The position numbers and the translations under genes were made by a program. Under the pieces are notes generated by a model, which was given only the letters and a program-made list of their open reading frames with translations, was not told the origin of the DNA and made no database searches. Below are positions 17,216-25,317 of a DNA stretch of 64,000 bases, piece by piece. Within the stretch, counting starts at the first letter, position 1; the number at the start of each line of letters is the position of its first letter. Source of the stretch: an uncultured Candidatus Saccharibacteria bacterium (lineage in GTDB: Bacteria; Patescibacteriota; Minisyncoccia; Phycocordibacterales; JABMNX01); NCBI GenBank assembly GCA_964575755.1, contig CAZNRH010000004.1, positions 699 to 64,698 of the forward strand, written 5' to 3'.

Positions 17216-18076
17216 ATGGAACACGAACATAATCACAAAGAAGGTCATCACAAAGAGTGTGGTGGACATTGTGGACACCGCCACGGGCACATGCCTCACT
17301 TACACCACAAAAAGATGCGCGTTCTTGCGCCTGTTGTGCTTGCACTACTCTCACTCTTTTTAGTATCTATTACTATCACTGAAGTAAAAAACTGGAAATA
17401 TATGGGTTCAGGGATTGCGCCGACAAACACAATCACCGTGCAAGGTGAGGGTGAGGTATTTGCTATACCAGACACAGCGACATTTTCTTTCTCAGTTATA
17501 AAAAAAGGTGAGACAGCAGAGGTTGTGCAGAACGGTGCTGCTGAAATATCTAATAAGGTCATTGAGTACTTAAAAGAAAAGGGAATTGAGGAAAAAGATA
17601 TCAAGACTACCTCGTATAATGTGTATCCGCGATACGAATACGAACAGCGTGTTTGTATTACATATCCGTGCGACAGGGGTGACAGGATATTGATAGGCTT
17701 TGAAATAAATCAAAGTGTGCGGGTTAAGGTTCGGGATATTAGTAAAGCTGGCGAACTACTCTCAGGCATCGGAAGTTTTGGTGTAGAGAGAATTAGTGGT
17801 TTGTCGTTTATTATTGATGATGAAGATGGGTTGAAGCGTGAAGCAAGGCAGATAGCAGTTGCCGACGCTAAAGAAAAAGCAGAAGCTTTGGCCGCTGATT
17901 TGGATGTGCAATTAGTTCGCATTGTTAACTTTAATGAATTTGGTTCACCAAGATTTGCTAAGTTTGAAAGTATGGCACTTGGGGTTAATGATGGAGGTGG
18001 ATCAGTGGTACCTGACATTCAAGTAGGGGAAAATAGTATAACATCTAGCGTGAATATCACGTACGAAATAAAATAA
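17216..18076 (+). CDS. SIMPL-domain (DUF541 / BP26-like) protein with a His/Cys-rich N-terminal tail and one TM helix
   Basis: N-terminus 'MEHEHNHKEGHHKECGGHCGHRHGHMPHLHHKK', then a TM helix, then a SIMPL-like domain. Divergent from zupT. Confidence 0.6.
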   Translation: MEHEHNHKEGHHKECGGHCGHRHGHMPHLHHKKMRVLAPVVLALLSLFLVSITITEVKNWKYMGSGIAPTNTITVQGEGEVFAIPDTATFSFSVIKKGETAEVVQNGAAEISNKVIEYLKEKGIEEKDIKTTSYNVYPRYEYEQRVCITYPCDRGDRILIGFEINQSVRVKVRDISKAGELLSGIGSFGVERISGLSFIIDDEDGLKREARQIAVADAKEKAEALAADLDVQLVRIVNFNEFGSPRFAKFESMALGVNDGGGSVVPDIQVGENSITSSVNITYEIK

Positions 18077-18100
18077 AGAATACTTACTCTGTCGAAAGGC

Positions 18101-18140
18101 CATAAGAAATGCCCCAGGTACTTGGGGCATTTCTTATGGC
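18101..18140 (+). terminator. Perfect 17-bp-stem hairpin after the SIMPL gene
   Basis: 'ccataagaaatgccccaggtacttggggcatttcttatgg'. Confidence 0.5.
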
Positions 18141-18199
18141 TTGAAATAAGGGTTTGGTAGCTTGACGTACGTGTGTAATAGTGAGCCTAGGAGGGCATC

Positions 18200-18931
18200 A
18201 TGAATAGCTTTAAAGCTTTAGCACAACAACTGGTTCTTTGGGAAAAAGCTCCCAAGGATGCGACAATGAAAGAATGTCGTGCTTTCGCAAAGAAGTACGG
18301 CCTCGAAATCCCAGTAGGGCTTCCGCAAAGCAAGGAAGCGTTTGTGGCGATGTTCGTCGTTTGCCACGTAATTGTAGACGGATGGAGGGATGAAAAGTTT
18401 ATCCTTAAAGATTTTCCGTCGCTTAGTCACGAACATCGAATTTCACTCTTTGCGTATCGCAACGAGCTCGACGACAAACGGCATGCGAAAAAGGTCAGTA
18501 AGAAGAAGCCTGATCTCAAACTTGTTTCTTCCGCCAGCGCACCGCCGGATGACTCGGAGGAACTTCCGCTTCCAACAAACCCAAAGACAAGTAAACCGTT
18601 CAAGGATGAAGGGGAGTGGTGTGCACATAACGCTGCTGCCGAGAAGAAATTCGGTTGTGAGAAAGCCTGGGGAAAACACTCTAGCTCAAAGCCGAAGACG
18701 AAAAAACCTGCGACGCCACAAACGTGGTCAAAGCAGTTTGCTTCAACGGAAGCTTGGCACGCTCATAACCAAAAACTCTTCGAGGAGTTCAAGGTGAAGA
18801 AGGAAGCAGTGGCAAAGAAGCCCTGCAAACCTCAAAGACCGAAAGTTTCTTTCGAAGAAGATCTTCAGGCATCCTTGGAGGCAAGGAACATGCCGAGAGT
18901 TACTTCAGAAGCGCATGTTGGTGCTTCGTAA
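18200..18931 (+). CDS. Hypothetical Lys-rich protein in a GC-richer island
   Basis: 243 aa with no recognisable motif; local GC is visibly higher than the flanks. Confidence 0.5.
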   Translation: MNSFKALAQQLVLWEKAPKDATMKECRAFAKKYGLEIPVGLPQSKEAFVAMFVVCHVIVDGWRDEKFILKDFPSLSHEHRISLFAYRNELDDKRHAKKVSKKKPDLKLVSSASAPPDDSEELPLPTNPKTSKPFKDEGEWCAHNAAAEKKFGCEKAWGKHSSSKPKTKKPATPQTWSKQFASTEAWHAHNQKLFEEFKVKKEAVAKKPCKPQRPKVSFEEDLQASLEARNMPRVTSEAHVGAS

Positions 18932-18944
18932 GCTTTTCAATTTG

Positions 18945-18983
18945 GCGGGTTCTGCGTATGCAGAACCCGCTTTTTCTTTTTTG
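18945..18983 (+). terminator. Rho-independent terminator
   Basis: 'gcgggttctgcgtatgcagaacccgctttttctttttt'. Confidence 0.75.
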
Positions 18984-19061
18984 ACTTTTTGTGTGTATGT
19001 GCTAGTATATTGGAATCACCCCGAGAGGGGTTTTTTGATAAAAATTAAATTATTAAACTTT

Positions 19062-19244
19062 ATGAAAAGACTTTTTCAATACATACGAGACACAAAAGGA
19101 GAACTAAAGCATGTGTCGTGGCCAACTACTAAGCAGACAATAATTTTCACAATATTGGTGATTATAATCTCACTGTTTATTGCTGCTTTACTTGGATTCT
19201 TTGACTTTATTTTTACTGGTCTTCTTAATAAGTTCTTTATTTAA
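19062..19244 (+). CDS. secE: Preprotein translocase subunit SecE
   Basis: 60 aa 'MKRLFQYIRDTKGELKHVSWPT' plus one TM helix; directly upstream of nusG. Confidence 0.85.
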   Translation: MKRLFQYIRDTKGELKHVSWPTTKQTIIFTILVIIISLFIAALLGFFDFIFTGLLNKFFI

Positions 19245-19246
19245 TT

Positions 19247-19792
19247 ATGGAAAAACAAACAGGGAGCAAAGAGCGTCACTGGTATGCTATTCATACATAC
19301 GCAGGATATGAAAATGCAGTGTTGAGGAACCTTAGACAACGTATTGATTCTCTTGGTATGGAAGAAAAGATATTTGATGTAGTCGTACCAACTGAAAAGA
19401 AAGTGAAAATAAAAGGAGGAAAGAGGGTTGAAGAGGATGAAAAGATTTACCCAGGATATATTCTTGTCGACATGATTGTGACTGATGACTCTTGGTATGT
19501 TGTTCGTAACACACCGCGAGTGACTGGGTTCGTCGGCTCTGGAACACAGCCAGTACCCTTGACTCAAAAGGAAATTGACGAACTCTTCTCACGAATGAAC
19601 TCAGAGACAGTGAAGCACAAGATTGACCTTACTATTGATGAGGTTGTTTCAATCGTTGACGGTCCGTTTAAAGAGCTCGAGGGAAAGATAGGGGAGATTG
19701 ACGAAGAGAGAGGAAAGGTTAAGGTATTGGTACCTATGTTTGGTCGCGAAACACCGGTAGAGCTCGACTTCTTGCAGGTTAAGAAAATATAA
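19247..19792 (+). CDS. nusG: Transcription antitermination factor NusG
   Basis: 'WYAIHTYAGYENAV' NGN domain and C-terminal KOW 'KVKVLVPMFGRETPVEL'. Confidence 0.9.
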   Translation: MEKQTGSKERHWYAIHTYAGYENAVLRNLRQRIDSLGMEEKIFDVVVPTEKKVKIKGGKRVEEDEKIYPGYILVDMIVTDDSWYVVRNTPRVTGFVGSGTQPVPLTQKEIDELFSRMNSETVKHKIDLTIDEVVSIVDGPFKELEGKIGEIDEERGKVKVLVPMFGRETPVELDFLQVKKI

Positions 19793-19810
19793 GTAGAATA
19801 AACAACTATT

Positions 19811-20233
19811 ATGGCAAAGAAAATAATGAGAAAATTAAAGTTGCAAATTCCGGGAGGAAAAGCTACACCAGCACCTCCAGTAGGAACTGCGCTTGGTCCA
19901 GTGGGAATTAACATTGGAGAGTTTGTGAATCAATTTAATAGTCAGACTAAAGAGCGGGCGGGGGATATAGTACCAGTAGAGCTTACTGTATACGAAGACA
20001 GAACCTTTGATTTTATTCTGAAGACATCTCCAGCATCACGTCTACTCCTTAAGAAGCTTGGAAAGCCAAAAGGCTCAGGAAAGAACCTTGTCAGTAAGAC
20101 AGGAACTCTTACCATGACTCAAGTTAAAGAAGTAGCAGAAGAAAAGATGCCAGACTTAAACACTAACGATGTTGAACAGGCTGCAAAGATAATTGCAGGT
20201 ACAGCGAGGTCTATGGGGATAGATGTGAACTAG
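19811..20233 (+). CDS. rplK: Ribosomal protein L11
   Basis: '[26 protein letters not shown]'. Confidence 0.95.
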   Translation: MAKKIMRKLKLQIPGGKATPAPPVGTALGPVGINIGEFVNQFNSQTKERAGDIVPVELTVYEDRTFDFILKTSPASRLLLKKLGKPKGSGKNLVSKTGTLTMTQVKEVAEEKMPDLNTNDVEQAAKIIAGTARSMGIDVN

Positions 20234-20462
20234 TGAACATTTATCGACCTTGCGTGGCATTTTGTGAGTGAAACGAGACAAAATACCCGCAAGGTGTACA
20301 GTCCCTGTAAGGGATAGAAGTAGAAGGAAAGTAATTGGCTGTATAATATTGAAGCAAATCCCTCTGATTTCTATGAAATCAGAGGGATTTGCTTTCAAGT
20401 GTCTATATGTGGTAGTTTTTCCTTAGATTAACTTAGTTCACAATTATTTAGAGGAAAATAAA
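20234..20462 (+). other. Highly structured intergenic region where rplA would normally follow
   Basis: Long hairpins 'accttgcgtggcattttgt...acaaaatacccgcaaggt' and perfect 'gcaaatccctctgatttctatgaaatcagagggatttgc'. Confidence 0.4.
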
Positions 20463-21257
20463 ATGAAGCAGTATCTTGACTTACTGGGCCATATTATGAC
20501 AACTGGAGTCACTAAAACGGATCGCACAGGTACAGGCACGCGTAGTGTGTTTGGATATCAGATGCGGTTTGATTTAAGTGAAGGGTTTCCAGTACTTACC
20601 ACAAAGAAATTACACCTAAAATCAATAATTCATGAGTTACTTTGGTTTCTTTCCGGCGATACGAATACCAAATACCTCAAAGATAATGGGGTAAAAATCT
20701 GGGACGATTGGGCTGATGAAAATGGTAACTTGGGACCGGTGTACGGTTCACAGTGGCGTTCATGGCCTGTTGCAGGCGGAGAGCCTATCGATCAGATTAC
20801 TAATGTTATCAATCAAATTCATAAAACCCCAGATTCGAGAAGGCTTATTGTTTCCGCATGGAACCCGGCAGAGATTGATAACATGGCGTTACCGCCATGT
20901 CATCTGTTATTTCAATTTGGGGTCGCAGATGATCGCCTAAGTTGCCACCTTTACCAACGTTCATGTGACACATTCTTAGGGGTGCCGTTCAATATTGCGA
21001 GTTATGCGCTTCTGACTATGATGGTCGCACAGGTAACTGGGTATAAACTCGGTGACTTTGTGTGGACTGGTTGTGATGTGCATCTCTATTCGAATCATTT
21101 CGAGCAAGTGAAAGAACAGCTTTCTCGTACTCCGCTACCACTTCCTTCGATGTCCATTAATCCTGACGTCGATGACATTTTCGGATTTGTGTATCAGGAT
21201 TTCGAGTTGTTGAACTACGAGGCACTTCCGCACATCCAAGCGCCTATTTCGGTGTAA
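20463..21257 (+). CDS. thyA: Thymidylate synthase (ThyA, folate-dependent)
   Basis: '[10 protein letters not shown]', '[21 protein letters not shown]', 'DVHLYSNH'. Confidence 0.95.
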   Translation: MKQYLDLLGHIMTTGVTKTDRTGTGTRSVFGYQMRFDLSEGFPVLTTKKLHLKSIIHELLWFLSGDTNTKYLKDNGVKIWDDWADENGNLGPVYGSQWRSWPVAGGEPIDQITNVINQIHKTPDSRRLIVSAWNPAEIDNMALPPCHLLFQFGVADDRLSCHLYQRSCDTFLGVPFNIASYALLTMMVAQVTGYKLGDFVWTGCDVHLYSNHFEQVKEQLSRTPLPLPSMSINPDVDDIFGFVYQDFELLNYEALPHIQAPISV

Positions 21258-21265
21258 GATGGGTA

Positions 21266-21305
21266 AAAAAGGGGTTTGGCGAAAGCCAAACCCCTTTCTT
21301 TTTTA
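21266..21305 (+). terminator. Rho-independent terminator after thyA
   Basis: 'aaaaaaggggtttggcgaaagccaaacccctttctttttt'. Confidence 0.75.
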
Positions 21306-21427
21306 AGCCAAACCTGAACAACGTTGCAATAATAGATTTTTTTGAAGTAAAATGCAGGAGTTTTTATAGTATATTTACGCACTTGTCCAGTCTTTTAAAT
21401 GTTTCTTACATTAGGTATACTCTCTTA

Positions 21428-22108
21428 ATGGCATTATGTGAAATTGAAATAAAGAGCCTTTTAGGTTCTACAGAACGTGCGCAAGAGGTAAAGGATAGGT
21501 TGTGTGAACTTAATCCAGGGACGAAACTAAGCACTAAAAACAAACAACTTAATCATTATTTTCTCGGTGGAGACGTATCTAAGTTCGATGATGCGCTTTT
21601 ACCATTATTTACAGAAGAGAAACAGAAGGATTTTAAAGAAATAATCGAAAAAGGTTCTGACTTCTCAATACGTACACGTTTAATTGATGATGAAGAACTT
21701 ATTTTTGTAATTAAAGCATCTTTGGACGAAGGAAGTAGTCACAATACAGTTTCACGAATGGAATTTGAGTCAGTTATTACAGGTATGTCACTTGATGAGT
21801 TAGATAGGTTGATTTTAGATACAGGGTTTGAATATCAGGCAAAATGGTCACGAGAAAGAGAAGAATATAAAAGTGGGGAGATTACTGTGTGTTTTGATAA
21901 AAATGCAGGATATGGGTACTTAGCGGAATTCGAAAAAGTCATAAGTGACGAATCTTTAATTGAATCTACCCGTAAAGAATTATATGATTTTATGCAACTA
22001 CTTGGTGTAGAAGAGCTTTCTCAGGAAAGACTAGAGCGTATGTTTGCACATTATAATAAGAATTGGCCGAATTATTATGGAACCGATAAGGTTTTTAATA
22101 TAGAATAG
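21428..22108 (+). CDS. CYTH-domain protein (triphosphate tunnel metalloenzyme; CyaB / thiamine-triphosphatase-like)
   Basis: N-terminal 'CEIEIKSLL' (ExExK signature) plus downstream acidic residues. Internal ATG chosen. Confidence 0.6.
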   Translation: MALCEIEIKSLLGSTERAQEVKDRLCELNPGTKLSTKNKQLNHYFLGGDVSKFDDALLPLFTEEKQKDFKEIIEKGSDFSIRTRLIDDEELIFVIKASLDEGSSHNTVSRMEFESVITGMSLDELDRLILDTGFEYQAKWSREREEYKSGEITVCFDKNAGYGYLAEFEKVISDESLIESTRKELYDFMQLLGVEELSQERLERMFAHYNKNWPNYYGTDKVFNIE

Positions 22109-22109
22109 T

Positions 22110-22670
22110 ATGTTTTTATCTGACGTAGACATCAAAAAAGCAATTAAAGAAGAAAAGATCGTTATTAGTCCGTTTAATGAAAATCAGCTGCAGATGGTTA
22201 GTTATGACGTTCGATTGAGTAATGAATTTCAAGTCACCGATCGTCACAACATTGATTTCGTCGATCCTGCAAAAAAGAAATACCCTAAAACGCGAACCAT
22301 TTCTATTTCTGATGGAGATGAATTTATTCTTCACCCTGGAGAAAATGTACTTGGAAAGCAAATAGAGTACATTGGTTGTGATTTAGACCATCTTATTTTA
22401 CTTTCTGGTAAAAGCAGTCTTGCTAGAGCTGGACTTGTTGTACACAATACAGCAATGCTTTTTAATCCTGGACACTATTTCTACCCTACATTTGAATTAG
22501 TAAACACAAGCAATGTGCCTATTGTACTTAGGCCAGGGATGGAAATTGCCCAAATTCTTTTTGCCCGCTTAACAAGCTCTGCTGGAAAGGGATATAAAGA
22601 TGTTGGTCGTTACAACAAGGAGAATTCAGACCATTTTGCTGAAAAGAAACAGAGCCCTAAACACAAATAA
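22110..22670 (+). CDS. dcd: dCTP deaminase (dUTPase superfamily)
   Basis: 'MFLSDVDIKKAIKEEKIVISPF...VSYDVRL' N-terminal pattern and 'LHPGE' / 'GLVVHNTA' motifs. Confidence 0.85.
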   Translation: MFLSDVDIKKAIKEEKIVISPFNENQLQMVSYDVRLSNEFQVTDRHNIDFVDPAKKKYPKTRTISISDGDEFILHPGENVLGKQIEYIGCDLDHLILLSGKSSLARAGLVVHNTAMLFNPGHYFYPTFELVNTSNVPIVLRPGMEIAQILFARLTSSAGKGYKDVGRYNKENSDHFAEKKQSPKHK

Positions 22671-22674
22671 AAAT

Positions 22675-24195
22675 ATGGTTGATGATGTATACATTAAATC
22701 ACTCACTGATGCCGGTTGGCCACAGGAATTTAATGAGAAATTACACACCAGTAATCTAAAGAGCAGTGTTGGTATTGCGACACTTTGGACTTATAAAGAT
22801 GTTGTATGTAAGGATCTGGATCCTGATAGTTATGTCGTAGTTGGACAATTCTACGATAGGCGTAACGCATTAGACCCGTTTTTACGTAACTGTCTCGCGA
22901 ATCCAAACATTCGTCACATTATTTTACTTGGTAATGATAAAGCTAATAGTCGTGAAGTTCTCGTTAATTTTTTTGACAAAGGTATCAATGAAGGGAAAGT
23001 GATAGGGACTGACTGCACTGTATCAGAACTTATTCCACTTGAAGATATAGAAATTTTACGTAAAAATATAACTTTACATGACCTGACTGATGAGATAAAA
23101 GACCTTGATGACTCAAAGGAGTATGCAAGGGTTATTAATGCTATTGTAAAAACTGTTACAGACTCAAAGCCATACGCTGAGCCGAAGTTATATGAAAAGC
23201 CAGAGATTGCTACTGACAGTTTCCCGTCAGAGAAAATCGGTTTCGTAGTTCGCGGAGAAAGGGTTGGGGAAACTTGGCTCAAAATACTCCGTACGGTATA
23301 CGATTATGGAACCATGGTCAAAATGAAATCAAAGGATTCTACAAAAGTACGCATGAGTCAAAATCTTATGGTTGTTATAGATGGAGAGGATCCAGATGAC
23401 CCTCAGATGGAGGAATATTTTCGTTTTGATAAGCCATATCTTAAGAGTTATTACGATGAAATTTGTACTGATAAAATTCCAGAAGGAACGCTTTATACTT
23501 ACGGCTCTCGTTTGCGTGGATGGGAAGGTAAGGGAGGCGAAAAGATCGATCAAATTGCTGACATTATTTCATACCTTAAAGAAGATCAATATCGTGCCTC
23601 TACAATAGCACAGACATGGATAGTTGAAGATGAACTTACAAGACGTATTTTAAATAAAGATAAAAGCAGTCCTTGCATAGTTCTCGTACAAGCGTATGCA
23701 CCAGAGGATAAACTTACACTTACTGTATATTTCCGAAGTAACGACATGTTTCGTGCATGGCCACTAAATGCATTTGGTCTATTAAAACTCCAGAAAGTTA
23801 TTGCTGAAGGGCTTGGTTTAAAGATGGGAGCACTTACGATTATTTCATGTAGCGCTCATATATATCAAGACAACTTTGGAGATACTAAAGATGTTTTAGA
23901 CAAATATCACAAAAACACGAATTGTTTCTTTGATCCACGTGGTTACTATGCAGTTAGTCTTAATTGTAATGAAATTAAAGTACAACATTTTTCGCCAAAT
24001 AGTCAGTTACTTAAAGAATATTCAGGGACTAAAGCTCGTGAAATTAATGACGAGATTAATAGTAGTCAACACCCATTTGACTCATACCACTCTTCTTATC
24101 TTGGTGAAGAGCTGATGAAGGCAGAGACAGCGCTTAATCTTAGTATTTCGTATACTCAAGATGGAGACCTTGATTTATCGTCATTTATAAAGTAA
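22675..24195 (+). CDS. ThyA-fold paralog (506 aa): full thymidylate-synthase/dUMP-hydroxymethylase-like domain with catalytic residues retained, fused to an unknown ~200-aa N-terminal domain
   Basis: C-terminal ~300 aa align to the adjacent ThyA: 'YGSRLRGWEGKGGEKIDQI', 'SPCIVLVQAY' (Pro-Cys nucleophile), 'YFRSNDMFRAWPLNAF' (Arg-Ser, Asp, Asn), 'SAHIYQDN' (His, Tyr). Start at the internal ATG at 22675. Confidence 0.7.
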   Translation: MVDDVYIKSLTDAGWPQEFNEKLHTSNLKSSVGIATLWTYKDVVCKDLDPDSYVVVGQFYDRRNALDPFLRNCLANPNIRHIILLGNDKANSREVLVNFFDKGINEGKVIGTDCTVSELIPLEDIEILRKNITLHDLTDEIKDLDDSKEYARVINAIVKTVTDSKPYAEPKLYEKPEIATDSFPSEKIGFVVRGERVGETWLKILRTVYDYGTMVKMKSKDSTKVRMSQNLMVVIDGEDPDDPQMEEYFRFDKPYLKSYYDEICTDKIPEGTLYTYGSRLRGWEGKGGEKIDQIADIISYLKEDQYRASTIAQTWIVEDELTRRILNKDKSSPCIVLVQAYAPEDKLTLTVYFRSNDMFRAWPLNAFGLLKLQKVIAEGLGLKMGALTIISCSAHIYQDNFGDTKDVLDKYHKNTNCFFDPRGYYAVSLNCNEIKVQHFSPNSQLLKEYSGTKAREINDEINSSQHPFDSYHSSYLGEELMKAETALNLSISYTQDGDLDLSSFIK

Positions 24196-24215
24196 TTAAA
24201 AGATAATATTGATTA

Positions 24216-25274
24216 ATGATTTCATACGTTGTTGATTTTGTGAAAAAATATAAACAGCATTTGCCTGCGGTGGCGCTTGTCGCTGGTCTTGTGTGGGATT
24301 CGATTACGCTTGGGCGTCCTGATCAGCTTTATGGAAATATTGTACTTTTGACGTATTTACTTATCGCGGGATTCTGTATTGCACTGATGGCACACAGGGA
24401 AGTGCTTAAGAAAAAGTCAAAGATTTGGCTCTCTCTTATTGTGCAATTTGCTTTTGGTAACCTTACAGGTGGACTTCTGGTGTTGTATATTGGAAGTGCA
24501 ACTCTTGCTCAAAATTGGCCGTTTCTTTTAATACTCGCAGGGCTACTTGTTGGAAATGAAATATTTAAGTCTAGATACAGGAGGGTGCAGTTTAATATTT
24601 TAGTTTATTACTTACTCGTCTTTTTGTACTCGATTTTAATCGTACCTGTTGTTTTCCGCTCTATTGAATCATGGACATTTTTGGTAAGTGCTCTCCTTAG
24701 TATTGTTGTCATAAGTTTGTTCTTATACATAATTCGACTTGTGGCGAAAAAAGTATTTAAGCAGAGCAAGAAGATGTTTAAAATAGGTATTTTCTCAACA
24801 CTTTTTATTTTTTCAATCTTTTATTATTTAAACATTATTCCACCTGTCCCACTCGCTGTCCGCGACGTTGGCATCTTTCATTCAGTTGTACGCTCTGGCG
24901 GTGACTATTTTGTTACTTACGAAGAAGGTGCTTGGTATAAATTCTGGTGGAAGTCTGACTCTACTATATATCTTAAAAATACTAATACGGCTTCTTGCTT
25001 CAGTTCTGTTTTTGCTCCTACGGAATTAGAGACCCCAATATTTCATGTGTGGGAGATGTACGATAAAAATTCCGGTATGTGGGAAGAGCGTGGCAGGTTT
25101 AACTTTCCTATTGTTGGTGGCCGTGTAGATGGATATCGTGGATACAGCGAGAAGACTATTACAGAAGGCATGTGGCGCTGTTCAGTAGAAACAGAGCGTG
25201 GAGCACTCTTAGGGCGGGTAAGTATCGAGGCTATTTTGGACACTCCACCAGAATTCGTTACTGACTTGCGCTAG
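24216..25274 (+). CDS. Membrane protein with ~6 TM helices and a C-terminal extracytoplasmic domain (DUF2914-like)
   Basis: Hydrophobic N-terminal two thirds; C-terminal 'FHVWEMYDKNSGMWEERGRF' soluble domain. Confidence 0.5.
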   Translation: MISYVVDFVKKYKQHLPAVALVAGLVWDSITLGRPDQLYGNIVLLTYLLIAGFCIALMAHREVLKKKSKIWLSLIVQFAFGNLTGGLLVLYIGSATLAQNWPFLLILAGLLVGNEIFKSRYRRVQFNILVYYLLVFLYSILIVPVVFRSIESWTFLVSALLSIVVISLFLYIIRLVAKKVFKQSKKMFKIGIFSTLFIFSIFYYLNIIPPVPLAVRDVGIFHSVVRSGGDYFVTYEEGAWYKFWWKSDSTIYLKNTNTASCFSSVFAPTELETPIFHVWEMYDKNSGMWEERGRFNFPIVGGRVDGYRGYSEKTITEGMWRCSVETERGALLGRVSIEAILDTPPEFVTDLR

Positions 25275-25317
25275 ACAATGTTAGCGGTATTTTACTAATT
25301 TCGCTATACTCAACTCT

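Noticed and set aside
22675-23290. Considered that the N-terminal domain of the second ThyA-fold protein is DHFR (bifunctional DHFR-TS)
   Set aside because: No DHFR signatures (no 'LPW', 'GRKT(W/F)ES' or 'VIGG' motifs); left as an unknown domain.
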